The position numbers and the translations under genes were made by a program. A stretch of DNA of 63,917 nt, counting the filler, from Lama guanicoe (lineage: Eukaryota), in NCBI GenBank assembly GCA_013239625.1. It is 194 parts of 194 records of this genome, joined end to end, with 100 filler letters (N's around TTAATTAATTAA, not from the genome) between each part and the next. Parts side by side here need not be neighbours in the genome. Positions count along the whole stretch, not along the records: positions 11,881 to 12,110 come from PNXV01043673.1; positions 12,211 to 12,440 come from PNXV01043674.1; positions 12,541 to 12,770 come from PNXV01043675.1; positions 12,871 to 13,100 come from PNXV01043676.1; positions 13,201 to 13,430 come from PNXV01043677.1; positions 13,531 to 13,760 come from PNXV01043678.1; positions 13,861 to 14,090 come from PNXV01043679.1; positions 14,191 to 14,420 come from PNXV01043680.1; 186 more parts are not named here. One strand, given 5' to 3'. Shown in pieces: positions 11,881-25,308 of this stretch. Position 1 is the first letter of the stretch. Each line of letters begins with the position of its first letter. The notes below the pieces were generated by a model, which was not told the origin of the DNA, did no database searches, and worked only from the letters and a program-made list of their open reading frames with translations.

Positions 11881-11982
11881 TATGAAAATGAATATATGTG
11901 TGTATATGGATGGCTGGCATATTATGCTGCATACCAGACATTAATGCAACATTGTAAAATGAATATATTTCAATTAATAAAA
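11881..11982 (+). mobile_element. L1 3' terminus with A-rich tail
   Basis: TATGAAAATGAATATATG...ATTATGCTGCATACCAGA...CATTGTAAAATGAATATATTTCAATTAATAAAA. Confidence 0.7.
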
Positions 11983-12889
11983 GAGAATCACGTGATGGGG
12001 CTTTTTCTGTAGACCTACATCATAGGAAGCGCCTCACAGAGTAACTGTGTGGTTTCCTTTCCTCCGAGAACTGCATGTTAGATCTGTGGGAAAGAGCTAC
12101 AAGACAGAGCNNNNNNNNNNNNNNNNNNNNNNNNNNNNNNNNNNNNNNNNNNNNTTAATTAATTAANNNNNNNNNNNNNNNNNNNNNNNNNNNNNNNNNN
12201 NNNNNNNNNNATCCTTCCCCTTGTCCCTGTGAGAGGGACAGGTGGTGGGTCATTGAGGGAATGATGTAGCCCATGGGTCTCATTTTCCTCATCAACTGGA
12301 CAGTCAGAGAGCTGTCTGATATTCCCCAATATTTGGGGCACTATTTCGGACAGTGGTCCACTTCCATTTCCTTGGTGTCTCATGGATAGGTAGGATGTCT
12401 GGGGAGAGAAAAGGGCTGATGTCCATGGAGGATCATGCCTNNNNNNNNNNNNNNNNNNNNNNNNNNNNNNNNNNNNNNNNNNNNTTAATTAATTAANNNN
12501 NNNNNNNNNNNNNNNNNNNNNNNNNNNNNNNNNNNNNNNNGTAATCTGTGAGCCGCAATACCAGTCCTTCTGTGAGGCTGGTGGGATACACATGTCTTTG
12601 CCCGCCTCCTTCCTGGAAACGTTAGCAAGACAACGTTATTCAGGACTTCAAGCTGTACAGAAATTTCCACTCACAAATGTTGAGAGAATGAAATGAGTAA
12701 CTTGAGTCCTTGTCCTCACCCCCAGCAGGAGCCCTCTGCACAGGTGCCTCTGGCTTGTCCCAGCTTTGGANNNNNNNNNNNNNNNNNNNNNNNNNNNNNN
12801 NNNNNNNNNNNNNNTTAATTAATTAANNNNNNNNNNNNNNNNNNNNNNNNNNNNNNNNNNNNNNNNNNNNACCTTGATACTAACAGTAT

Positions 12890-13040
12890 GATTTCTGGAC
12901 CAGCAGTATTAGCAGCACCTGAGAATTTGTTAGAAGTACAGAATCTTAACCCCATCTCAAGACTTAACTGAGTTAGAACCTACATTTTAACTAGATTCTT
13001 GGGTGATTCAAATGCACATTCATTTCTAGAAGCACTGCTG
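12890..13040. mobile_element. MER5A-like hAT-Charlie DNA transposon fossil
   Basis: GGACCAGCAG...CACCTGAGAATTTGTTAGAA...CAGAATCT...CATTTTAAC.AGAT...GGTGATTCA.ATGCACATT...AGAAGCACTG. Confidence 0.8.
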
Positions 13041-15299
13041 AGTGATGCTTACACAGTTGCTCAGCCGGTTAGTGACTGATCTGGAAAACTGAGGTCTTCT
13101 NNNNNNNNNNNNNNNNNNNNNNNNNNNNNNNNNNNNNNNNNNNNTTAATTAATTAANNNNNNNNNNNNNNNNNNNNNNNNNNNNNNNNNNNNNNNNNNNN
13201 CCCCCCAGCCAGTCAGTCCCTGGCTGAAGTGTGCTCTAGGAAGTGGGTGGGGGTATCTCTAGGCCGGGGGGCAGGGGCTGCCATTTGGTGAGGATGTTTC
13301 TCCAGAGGAGGGGAGCCTCAGTGGTGAGAACCAGCACTCACTGTGGCGGGCTGGCAGAGCTCACACTGTAAGGGATTTTGGATGTTACTACACCCACCTT
13401 TAACATGTTAAGTGAAGGAGCTGAACCAACNNNNNNNNNNNNNNNNNNNNNNNNNNNNNNNNNNNNNNNNNNNNTTAATTAATTAANNNNNNNNNNNNNN
13501 NNNNNNNNNNNNNNNNNNNNNNNNNNNNNNTTAAAGAAGTGATGGGTCTAGACATGACCCTTCTTGGCCACTGACATCATGAAAGTGGGACAGCCAGGCA
13601 TCCCATGCTTCCTCATGGGCGTGCTTAGCACCATCTGTGAAGTTTACCGTAAAGTGAACGCTTGAACCTGCATCTGATCAGCCACTAAGATTTAAGTATT
13701 AGAAAATAGTGAGTGTAAATACTGACATTTGTTTTAACAAAATGGCCTCAAAAGCCTAATNNNNNNNNNNNNNNNNNNNNNNNNNNNNNNNNNNNNNNNN
13801 NNNNTTAATTAATTAANNNNNNNNNNNNNNNNNNNNNNNNNNNNNNNNNNNNNNNNNNNNTGCCAGTTCTTTTGACTACGGGAAACCCTGCCGCAGAACG
13901 TATTTTGCTGTGTGTCTGTGTAGTGTGAGATGGGGAGCCTCGTTCTTTTCCCTCTGATGAGCCAGCCAGCTGGACACCACTTCCTGTGTGTACTTGTCCA
14001 TTTCCTTCTGGTTGGTAGTGAACCGGAGACGTTTTTTCCCCTTAAATGGTAGAGTAGATCCCATTGCCTGGCTAATTAAGATACAATTTCNNNNNNNNNN
14101 NNNNNNNNNNNNNNNNNNNNNNNNNNNNNNNNNNTTAATTAATTAANNNNNNNNNNNNNNNNNNNNNNNNNNNNNNNNNNNNNNNNNNNNACAAATCAGT
14201 ATCTTCTTAAAAACAAAGTCATTCGGGCAAGGGGAAAACTAACAGTTTCTACTCTAGAGAGCAAAGGAGAAGAAACAGTCATCACGTCCAAGGTGTTAGT
14301 GTCCTTCTTATTTCAAGACAAAAATCTATGGGAAAAGACAAACACAGTAGAGTGAAAACATGGTTTTTCCCGACCAGCATCTCTTCTATATCCTTCTTGA
14401 AACCAGAAACCCAGAGTTCCNNNNNNNNNNNNNNNNNNNNNNNNNNNNNNNNNNNNNNNNNNNNTTAATTAATTAANNNNNNNNNNNNNNNNNNNNNNNN
14501 NNNNNNNNNNNNNNNNNNNNTGTCTCAGAGCCTGGTAGCTTCTACTTGGATCTCTTGGGGCATTTTCTCCGGCAGAAGCTACCAGAGCTAGAAAAACATC
14601 AGACAAACCCAATCATGGTATATAACATGTCCAACTATGTTGAGACTCCCATAATCTGAGGAAGCCTAACTAGCCATTGGAAGGAACGATGCGGAGAAAG
14701 GCCTGAGAAGTCCCCACCTTTTCCAATTTTTGGCCAGGTTTCAAACACATNNNNNNNNNNNNNNNNNNNNNNNNNNNNNNNNNNNNNNNNNNNNTTAATT
14801 AATTAANNNNNNNNNNNNNNNNNNNNNNNNNNNNNNNNNNNNNNNNNNNNCCAGTACCTCCATGTAAATAACCCCCCCAAAAAAATAAAATTAAAAAAAA
14901 ATCATTTAACCCAGAGTTAATTCTGTGTTTAGAACAGATTCTATGTATACACCACAAAAATTTCAGAAGACCTGTGGCTATATCACTACCAGAAGCCCCA
15001 TCTGGGCCAGTCAGGAGACATGCTGAGCGTGATGAAGGACCACAGAAGGGACCCTGGTTCCATTTATATTCAGCCTCTGCNNNNNNNNNNNNNNNNNNNN
15101 NNNNNNNNNNNNNNNNNNNNNNNNTTAATTAATTAANNNNNNNNNNNNNNNNNNNNNNNNNNNNNNNNNNNNNNNNNNNNAAGGCACCTTTTTTTATAGA
15201 CACGGGAACCAAGGCCTTGGAAGGTGCCCAGCCGGGAGAATGCAGGCCTCCCAGTGCCCATCTGCGGTTCCTGCCAAGCTCTCAGCTGCCTTCCTTTTG

Positions 15300-15410
15300 G
15301 CATGTGTTGAATTGTGTCCCCCCATCCCCAGAGTTCACGTCCACCCAGAACCTTGGAATGTGAGCTTATTTGGAAATAAGCTCTTTGCAGACGTGAGCAT
15401 TTAAGTTGAG
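15300..15410 (+). mobile_element. MLT1 (MaLR) LTR 5' end
   Basis: GTTGAATTGTGTCCCCC...TTCACGTCCACCCAGAACCT..GAATGTGA.CTTATTTGGAAATAAG.TCTTTGCAGA. Confidence 0.8.
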
Positions 15411-17490
15411 NNNNNNNNNNNNNNNNNNNNNNNNNNNNNNNNNNNNNNNNNNNNTTAATTAATTAANNNNNNNNNNNNNNNNNNNNNNNNNNNNNNNNNN
15501 NNNNNNNNNNACAAGCTTCTCCCCAGCAAGTACTCATAATGTTTTTGTTAGGTCTGTAGGTGCAGGTGAGTGAAACAGTAACAAAAGACCAACTTGAAAC
15601 AAGTTTAAATAGATACCAACAGGGGAAGAAGGCAGAGTGAACAAAACTTTTGAGCTAATGGGTAGGACTGGCCTTATGGACCTTGCTCCGGTATTCTGTC
15701 ATTGAAATTGTTCACCTCTAACATGGTGATCCTCATACTCNNNNNNNNNNNNNNNNNNNNNNNNNNNNNNNNNNNNNNNNNNNNTTAATTAATTAANNNN
15801 NNNNNNNNNNNNNNNNNNNNNNNNNNNNNNNNNNNNNNNNAAACGAACTGAAATATCTGGCTCAAGACTACTAAAGACTTTTGACTATATTTACTGTATA
15901 TTATTTATATTGTGTTACAAATATATTCTACTCTTTACAGAAATGTAAGTGCTAGACAAAGTTAGGGAATAAAATGACTCTAGTTTGACTGCCATATACC
16001 TTAAAGCACTTAGGGGTAAGTAGGAAGAAATGTACAGAGAGCTATGATGCTCACCCCAAACAGATAGTTANNNNNNNNNNNNNNNNNNNNNNNNNNNNNN
16101 NNNNNNNNNNNNNNTTAATTAATTAANNNNNNNNNNNNNNNNNNNNNNNNNNNNNNNNNNNNNNNNNNNNTGGACAGATGAGAACTGGCTGAAGCCAGCC
16201 CAGAGCAGATGTCCGCAGGCGGGCGTCCAAGAAAAAACCCACTGGGCTTCAAGAAGCAACTATTAGAACTTCTACTTCTACTTACTTGTTAAATCCTTTA
16301 AAAAAAAAAAGTCTTTTTTTACTTTAGTATGTTTTATACTTAATACAGTACTGCAGTAGTATGTGTACATAATATATAAACAAATGAACAAATATTGGGG
16401 NNNNNNNNNNNNNNNNNNNNNNNNNNNNNNNNNNNNNNNNNNNNTTAATTAATTAANNNNNNNNNNNNNNNNNNNNNNNNNNNNNNNNNNNNNNNNNNNN
16501 ACCTTGGGAAGAGCCACATTCGCGGATTAGGGAAGCCAGCCTGCAGGGGGTCCAAGAAGAAACGGAAAGCGAAGAAAGGCAGATGATAACTACGAGAGAC
16601 AAAGCCTTAAAAAAAAACTCAGCTGTGAAGATTGTGATCAGAGTCCCCAGCATGTCTATTAATTGCTCTGAAGAAGCCAGAGGACAGAGAAGTGTGATGA
16701 ACCCAGGGTGAGAAGAAATATCGGTGCAACNNNNNNNNNNNNNNNNNNNNNNNNNNNNNNNNNNNNNNNNNNNNTTAATTAATTAANNNNNNNNNNNNNN
16801 NNNNNNNNNNNNNNNNNNNNNNNNNNNNNNATCTTTTAGTCCATTGTAAAAATAGGCTGTCAGTCGAGGGAGGCTGATGTGGGGTTCTAGGAGGTGAGCG
16901 ACCCAAATGAAAAAATGCATGAGGAGGTGCCATACCACCGGACAGACTTCAACCGGAGACACCATGGAGTTAACAACACTTTGTTGCCACAGGGAGGTGC
17001 GCGCCTGTGAGGCACCTGTCCTGCTTTTATCTGTTTTTTGTCAACACATGCACAGTCTGANNNNNNNNNNNNNNNNNNNNNNNNNNNNNNNNNNNNNNNN
17101 NNNNTTAATTAATTAANNNNNNNNNNNNNNNNNNNNNNNNNNNNNNNNNNNNNNNNNNNNGGGCCGCACCTGTCTGGCCCCCTCCGTGACCCGGGGCTTC
17201 CTGTCCAGGGGACACGGGCTGACGACAGCAGGACATGGGGCTTCGGATCCCTGGAAATGGGGGCCCAGGAGGTCCCTTCGTGAAGCCGAGGGGCAACAGC
17301 TCAGTGCAGGGGTGTGGGGAGGACGGTGACGAGCCCCCCACCTCAGCCTGGGCCCCCAGGAGAATTCAGCCCTCGGCTGGCCCTCTGGAGNNNNNNNNNN
17401 NNNNNNNNNNNNNNNNNNNNNNNNNNNNNNNNNNTTAATTAATTAANNNNNNNNNNNNNNNNNNNNNNNNNNNNNNNNNNNNNNNNNNNN

Positions 17491-18050
17491 ATGCCTTTTA
17501 TTTTTGTTGAAAACTGGACACTTTGAATATTATAATGTGCTAATATTGAAAATCAGATTCTCTCTTTCCCAAAGTTTGTCTTTCTTGAGTGTTGAGGACC
17601 ACTGCTGTCTGTGTATTCAGTGACTTTTCCAAATTATTTTTTTCAAAGATTCTATTTCTTTTCAGCTGTGATCAATGAAGTTTCTATTCCATTATTTCAT
17701 TTCTCACCTAGTGATTTGACNNNNNNNNNNNNNNNNNNNNNNNNNNNNNNNNNNNNNNNNNNNNTTAATTAATTAANNNNNNNNNNNNNNNNNNNNNNNN
17801 NNNNNNNNNNNNNNNNNNNNATGCCTTTTATTTTTGTTGAAAACTGGACACTTTGAATATTATAATGTGATAATACTGAAAATCAGATTCTCTCTTTCCC
17901 AAAGTTCGTCTTTCTTGAGTGTGGAGAACCACTGCTGTCTGTGTATTCAGTGACTTTCCCAAATTATTTTTTTCAAAGATTCTATTTCTTTTCAGCTGTG
18001 GTCAATGAAGTTTCTATTCCATTATTTCATTTCTCACCTAGTGATTTGAC
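17491..18050. other. Near-identical contig pair 17491-17720 / 17821-18050 (bubble arms)
   Basis: Same endpoints, 7 substitutions, first at base 50 and last at base 181. Confidence 0.9.
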
Positions 18051-21000
18051 NNNNNNNNNNNNNNNNNNNNNNNNNNNNNNNNNNNNNNNNNNNNTTAATT
18101 AATTAANNNNNNNNNNNNNNNNNNNNNNNNNNNNNNNNNNNNNNNNNNNNCACGTCAGGTCTGGTAGCTTTTGTAAGGACTTGGCCTCTTATAATGAGTT
18201 AGATGGGAGCCACGGAGGGTTTGGAGAGGAGAAAAATGAGGTGATATGTTAGAAGTTTCACTCTGGGTTTTTAAAATTTAGTCTAACTCCTTTCCAGTCC
18301 TGGCAGACCACACTATTCAGGATCGCCCTACTGCTGAGGACTAGGAAAGCTGGACAAAACATTTTTAAACACTTCAGTTTNNNNNNNNNNNNNNNNNNNN
18401 NNNNNNNNNNNNNNNNNNNNNNNNTTAATTAATTAANNNNNNNNNNNNNNNNNNNNNNNNNNNNNNNNNNNNNNNNNNNNCATAGCTTTAAAGAGTAAAA
18501 CACTTCTACAAGACTTGATATCAAGGCAGTTGATTCAATCTTCCACGCTGCCCCAATTCTTGAATCTCAGAGACAAGCTGTTTTACTCTTTCAGCTGAAT
18601 CTCTAATTGTTATTTCAATGCCTCTAGATAGCATGCTGTTTATAATACTCCTTTGTTTTTCAGCTTTATGCGTCATCTTTAGTTAACTGGTTCTTCTTTC
18701 ACACACCGCTNNNNNNNNNNNNNNNNNNNNNNNNNNNNNNNNNNNNNNNNNNNNTTAATTAATTAANNNNNNNNNNNNNNNNNNNNNNNNNNNNNNNNNN
18801 NNNNNNNNNNTTCTCAGCCCTAACCCAGCCCTGAGCTGCCTTTGTGCTCTGCCAGGTCTTCATCCTCTACCAAAACCCTCCTCAAAGGCCCCTTTGCCCA
18901 GCTTTCTCTTCTGCCCGCAGGATCTATCTCATTCTGGCCTCTTCTGTGTCCCTAATGTGCCCTTATGCTCAGGAAACCCCATTAGTACCAAGTGTGAGTT
19001 ACTAAGCACCCTGCAGGCCCTGACTGCTGTGTAACAACGANNNNNNNNNNNNNNNNNNNNNNNNNNNNNNNNNNNNNNNNNNNNTTAATTAATTAANNNN
19101 NNNNNNNNNNNNNNNNNNNNNNNNNNNNNNNNNNNNNNNNAAAGCTGCTCCAAGCTTAGCCGTGAGTCTGACAACTCAACCAGGCAAGGACAGGTGCTTC
19201 CTCCACGCGTGTTGTAAGGTCCACAACGAGAAGAAAGGAAGCTCTGTCCAAACTACTCCGGAAACATTTTTTTCATAAAGAAGTGAAACCCTTTCATTTT
19301 CAATGTTTCTAATGCTTTAACTTACAGTATATTAAATACATATTATTTTACTATTTTCGTTATTTCCCTTNNNNNNNNNNNNNNNNNNNNNNNNNNNNNN
19401 NNNNNNNNNNNNNNTTAATTAATTAANNNNNNNNNNNNNNNNNNNNNNNNNNNNNNNNNNNNNNNNNNNNGGTAGAGTCCCGATTCACTGAGTCTGCAGC
19501 CACCTAAAAATTTGCATTTGAATAGACATCTCCAGGTAACTCTGCTGTAGCCTGTCCCTGGATAGTACCCTATGAAACGCTTCTTTCGTGCTCATGTGCT
19601 ACAAATAAGCATTTGTTTCTTTACCCTTTCAGTAGAGTTTTTCATATTTGTATTTGAACGTCTATACCTCTATGTGTATGTACCAAATATAAATGCATCC
19701 NNNNNNNNNNNNNNNNNNNNNNNNNNNNNNNNNNNNNNNNNNNNTTAATTAATTAANNNNNNNNNNNNNNNNNNNNNNNNNNNNNNNNNNNNNNNNNNNN
19801 AGGCGTGGTGAACTCTGCCTTGTATAATGGTAAGGTCACTGCCCTTTGCTGGGGGATTTCTATTGGTCTGCATAGCCCATGTGACACTCCTGTTGGCAGC
19901 TGCTGTTTGTGAATGTATTTGTGACCAAGAGGGCTCACCTACTGCCCTCCTGCACCATGTGGTTGCCTGGTCATCAGAGGCTCTGTCCTTATAGCCATAG
20001 GTTCACTCAGAGCCTTTATTCACAAAGAGCNNNNNNNNNNNNNNNNNNNNNNNNNNNNNNNNNNNNNNNNNNNNTTAATTAATTAANNNNNNNNNNNNNN
20101 NNNNNNNNNNNNNNNNNNNNNNNNNNNNNNCCACATTTCGGATGCTCAGTGTGGCTACCGCAGAGGACCGCGCAGACAGGGAGCGTGAACGTCACTGCAG
20201 AAAGTTCTATTGGACGGCAAGGGTCAGTTTCCTCTCTGACTAGTTTCTTTGGGCCCCTGCCTGCTTTAACCCCCCTTTCTTCACGCCCCGACGATCCGGC
20301 CTCAGAGGACATGGTTTGAGTGAGAAATGCTGATCTGTCGCTGGGGATGACTCCTGCTCANNNNNNNNNNNNNNNNNNNNNNNNNNNNNNNNNNNNNNNN
20401 NNNNTTAATTAATTAANNNNNNNNNNNNNNNNNNNNNNNNNNNNNNNNNNNNNNNNNNNNAATAGAGCAATTAATCATACGATATTCCTATCCTGACAGC
20501 ACGGCCTCTGCTGACCACGTTTATTGTCCTACCGCCAAGCCGCTTCCTGCCACGTGCCCTGGCTCGCCTGGCTTTCCCTGTAAATCTCCACGCTCTCAGT
20601 TATTTAGCACAGCAGCATTAGACAGCAGCTCGAGAATGAACACTTAGGTAGAGAAATCAATAAGCAGAAGGTCTATTAAAACTCGGGTAANNNNNNNNNN
20701 NNNNNNNNNNNNNNNNNNNNNNNNNNNNNNNNNNTTAATTAATTAANNNNNNNNNNNNNNNNNNNNNNNNNNNNNNNNNNNNNNNNNNNNTGAAAAAAAC
20801 TGAGATGGCATAAGAGGAATTTAAATTTGCATTAAAGACTGAAACTATTTTTCAAAGTTTAATTTTTAGAAGAAATAATTAGTAAACTTTCCTTTAAATG
20901 AAGGTTGATACCTGTGCTTCCAGATTTCGTGAACTAGAGACTCCTTCATGAAGTAAACTACTGCTTATATATTTGACTGTTTCCTAGATGTTTCAGAGGG

Positions 21001-21450
21001 GGCCCTTCTTTGGAGGTATTNNNNNNNNNNNNNNNNNNNNNNNNNNNNNNNNNNNNNNNNNNNNTTAATTAATTAANNNNNNNNNNNNNNNNNNNNNNNN
21101 NNNNNNNNNNNNNNNNNNNNAACACTTCTTCCACTTTCCCCATGTTCTTTTGGTTAATGGTCCAGAGCATTCAATGTAATTGGGTAATGAGTATTTCTTT
21201 AACAAATTAATCTTATTAATTCCGGGTCAGGTGAATGTGCTGTAAAGAATCTTGGGCTAATTTTAAAGATGTTTGAAAAGGATGTTGGGGATTCTTATCA
21301 GTAGATATTAGGGATTCAAAGATGGAAGACAGCCTAGGAAATGTGGAGCTNNNNNNNNNNNNNNNNNNNNNNNNNNNNNNNNNNNNNNNNNNNNTTAATT
21401 AATTAANNNNNNNNNNNNNNNNNNNNNNNNNNNNNNNNNNNNNNNNNNNN

Positions 21451-21582
21451 ACACAGGGAATATAGCTAACATTTTATAATGCCTATAAATGGAATATAAC
21501 CTTTAAAATTTGTAAGTCACTACGTTGGACACCTGAAACTTATATAGTATTGTACATCAACTATATGTCAATAAAAAAAAAG
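21451..21582 (+). mobile_element. L1MA-type 3' terminus with poly(A)
   Basis: ACACAGGGAATATAGC.AA.ATTTTATAAT...CACCTGAAACT.ATATA.TATTGTACATCAACTATA..TCAATAAAAAAAAA. Confidence 0.8.
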
Positions 21583-22770
21583 ATTTCATGATGCCTCCAC
21601 CTTTATTTTGCTGCTCCAGCTGCCACCTGGAAGGAGAGGCGACTAAGATCAGAACTCTGCCCGTCAGCTCCCCTTGCCCCNNNNNNNNNNNNNNNNNNNN
21701 NNNNNNNNNNNNNNNNNNNNNNNNTTAATTAATTAANNNNNNNNNNNNNNNNNNNNNNNNNNNNNNNNNNNNNNNNNNNNCCCAAAAAAAAACCAAGTAA
21801 TAAAATAGATGAGAAAGACAGAAAAATATCAAAATGGTAAATTTAAACCTAACCAGAATGGGTCATTATATTAAATGTAAAATTTTCTGTGGAATTAAAA
21901 AACAGATTGATTTACAAAGTAAGACTCAATTACGTGCTGTCTGTGAGCCCTACTTTACAAGGGTACAGCTATGTTAAAACTGAAAGGATGGAAGAGGACG
22001 TGCACGCTCANNNNNNNNNNNNNNNNNNNNNNNNNNNNNNNNNNNNNNNNNNNNTTAATTAATTAANNNNNNNNNNNNNNNNNNNNNNNNNNNNNNNNNN
22101 NNNNNNNNNNGCCAGGCTTTGCACCAAGTTGTATGTTGTGCTACTTGATAGGTAGAAGTTAATTATTCAGAAAATGAGAACAAATAGTAATAGCAACACT
22201 TGGACTTCTGGCAGGCAAAGAAAAATGCTCATCTTTTGTGCCTAATCATAGATTCCACCAGCCTGGATATCTCTGTGGGGCCTTGGACAGAAAAAAAGGT
22301 CATGTTCAGAAAGCCTAGGCAACCTTGAAATTCATTTTGCNNNNNNNNNNNNNNNNNNNNNNNNNNNNNNNNNNNNNNNNNNNNTTAATTAATTAANNNN
22401 NNNNNNNNNNNNNNNNNNNNNNNNNNNNNNNNNNNNNNNNCTGACCACTCAGCCCTGGTCTCCACTGTCCCCAGGAACTCTGGCTTCAGCCGCATGACCA
22501 GCAGACACAGGGGGAGCCTCCAGGAGCCACTCCCTGGTGGCCCAGCTGCTGTGAGGACAGGACGGTGGTGCTGCCGGCTGGCCGGGGCTGGGGCTGTGAG
22601 GGGGACACAGCTGTCACCTCGGTGTAACGTTATGTGATACCAGTGACCTAGAACCTAGCTCCCCCTCACTNNNNNNNNNNNNNNNNNNNNNNNNNNNNNN
22701 NNNNNNNNNNNNNNTTAATTAATTAANNNNNNNNNNNNNNNNNNNNNNNNNNNNNNNNNNNNNNNNNNNN

Positions 22771-23000
22771 CTCAAATTCCAGCCTCAAGTGGAAATCGGT
22801 GATGCTCTGAGCTCTTGCTGCAGCTCTCTACGCTGAACAGATGTCCTTTCCTGTTCTCTGTAGTGCTATAGATTTTGTTTTGTTTCGGGGTTTTTTGTTT
22901 TTGCATTTTTGTGCTTTTTGTTGGTAATTTTACTGTTTGAAACAGCCCCCAAGTATGGTCCTGAAGTGTTGTCTAGTGTTCTATGTGCCTTAAGGAGAAT
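22771..23000. mobile_element. Tigger4/Zombi-like DNA transposon fossil
   Basis: GCATTTTTGTGCTTTTTGTTGGT.ATTT..CTGTTT.AAA..GCCCCCAAG...GT.CTGAAGTG.TGTCTAGTGTT. Confidence 0.65.
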
Positions 23001-23119
23001 NNNNNNNNNNNNNNNNNNNNNNNNNNNNNNNNNNNNNNNNNNNNTTAATTAATTAANNNNNNNNNNNNNNNNNNNNNNNNNNNNNNNNNNNNNNNNNNNN
23101 AAAGGTGACACGGGCAGAA

Positions 23120-23225
23120 AGTGAGCAAATGTACCGATAGACTTGCTCAACGCAGGGTGGTCACAAACCTACAATTTGTAAAAACGCAGTGTCTACAAAG
23201 CACAGTAAAGTGAGGTGTGCCTGTA
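23120..23225 (+). mobile_element. Tigger1 3' end with terminal inverted repeat and TA target site
   Basis: CCGATAGACTTGCTCAACGCAGGGTGGTCACAAACCTACAATTTGTAAAAACGCAGT...GAGGTGTGCCTG-TA. Confidence 0.8.
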
Positions 23226-23430
23226 CAAGGAACGCAGTTATTTGTCATACGGTCCTCATCTCAAACACGGCTTGAGATGTAGCCCACTTGAATCCTCCAG
23301 GAGGAAAGATTTCGCCTAACTAGATGTAATNNNNNNNNNNNNNNNNNNNNNNNNNNNNNNNNNNNNNNNNNNNNTTAATTAATTAANNNNNNNNNNNNNN
23401 NNNNNNNNNNNNNNNNNNNNNNNNNNNNNN

Positions 23431-23572
23431 TTTCTTTCAAAATACTGCTGCTCATTGACAATGCACCTAGTCACCCAAGTGCTCAGAGCTGGAGATGTGC
23501 AAGATTAATGTTGTTTTCGGGCCTGCTAACACAACATCCATTCTGCAGCCCACAGATCAAAAAGTAGTTTCA
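23431..23572 (+). mobile_element. Tigger1 transposase (DDE region) fossil
   Basis: CTGCTCATTGACAATGCACC (LLIDNAP)...CCTGCTAACACAACATCCATTCTGCAGCCC (PANTTSILQP), disrupted by a stop and indels. Confidence 0.85.
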
Positions 23573-24090
23573 TTCTTGTAACAACATATAATGGAAAAGA
23601 ACCTGAAAATTAAAAAAAATGTATGTATGTATGTATATGTATAAATGAATTGCTTTGCTGNNNNNNNNNNNNNNNNNNNNNNNNNNNNNNNNNNNNNNNN
23701 NNNNTTAATTAATTAANNNNNNNNNNNNNNNNNNNNNNNNNNNNNNNNNNNNNNNNNNNNGGCGTGTTAAAGTGACTCGTACAGGTGGCACCGTTCTCAG
23801 TGGTCGAGGGTTTGAGGCTTTTGGGGTTAATACGTGGTAAAATGTGCACCTGAGCATTAGAAGAGTAAATTGCTCAACAGTCAGTCCATCACGTCCTGGC
23901 TGAGTTCACTGAGCTGAGGGCTTTGGCGGAAACTGGAGAGTCTGGGGGTGTGGGCGTGAGCTCACCCCATCAGGTCCCGGGTGTATCACTNNNNNNNNNN
24001 NNNNNNNNNNNNNNNNNNNNNNNNNNNNNNNNNNTTAATTAATTAANNNNNNNNNNNNNNNNNNNNNNNNNNNNNNNNNNNNNNNNNNNN

Positions 24091-24320
24091 GTCTTCAGCG
24101 CCAGTGATCCAGACCCAGGTTTTGGCTTCAGGGCTAGTGACCCAGTCCCAGGGTGTGTCTTCAGTGCCAACATCCCAGGGCAGAGAGTGTATCAGGGCCA
24201 GTGACCCGGCCATGTGTGGGTCTTCAGGGCCAGTGTCCTAGGTCAAGGGTGTGACTTCAGGGCCAGTAATTCAGGCCAAGCATGTGCCTTCAGGGCCAGT
24301 GACTGAGGTCAAGTGTGTAG
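24091..24320. repeat. 33-bp minisatellite, ~7 degenerate units
   Basis: CTTCAG anchors at 24093, 24126, 24159, 24222, 24255 and 24288; consensus roughly CTTCAGGGCCAGTGACCCAGGYCAAGKGTGTGW. Confidence 0.85.
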
Positions 24321-25119
24321 NNNNNNNNNNNNNNNNNNNNNNNNNNNNNNNNNNNNNNNNNNNNTTAATTAATTAANNNNNNNNNNNNNNNNNNNNNNNN
24401 NNNNNNNNNNNNNNNNNNNNAACCAAAGTGGTTTTGATACCCACGATCAATCACTTAGGAAAAAACACACAAACATGTTTTTTAATAGTCAGAAATCTCC
24501 ATCGTAACGTTCTCCTGAAACTCATTACAGGCATCTAATTCCGGCCAGAATTTTACCCTCTGATGGATTTGTAAGCTTGAGAGTTTCTGTGGACCCTCGA
24601 CACACTTTGCAAGAGAATGTGCGTAAGGTTTTAATAAATTGAATATTTATNNNNNNNNNNNNNNNNNNNNNNNNNNNNNNNNNNNNNNNNNNNNTTAATT
24701 AATTAANNNNNNNNNNNNNNNNNNNNNNNNNNNNNNNNNNNNNNNNNNNNCACACACACACACACAGACTCATAGAAGGAGTGGTTCTGTTTTGTCCAGG
24801 CAACCAAGAATGAGAATGAATTTTAATCCCAGCAAGAGCCTTTCCAAAATAAATCTCAGAAATACTAGGCAAAACAAAGCCACCAGGGGCGTTCCCTTAC
24901 TTTTTATCTCCAACATGAATCCTTAAAGAAATCAGTCAACAATTGTCACAGAGAACCAGTTGTCACCTGAATGTCTCAGANNNNNNNNNNNNNNNNNNNN
25001 NNNNNNNNNNNNNNNNNNNNNNNNTTAATTAATTAANNNNNNNNNNNNNNNNNNNNNNNNNNNNNNNNNNNNNNNNNNNNGGCCAGAGAGGTTGTGTCAC
25101 CCCGGCTCCCAGCCGCTGA

Positions 25120-25308
<189 letters not shown>

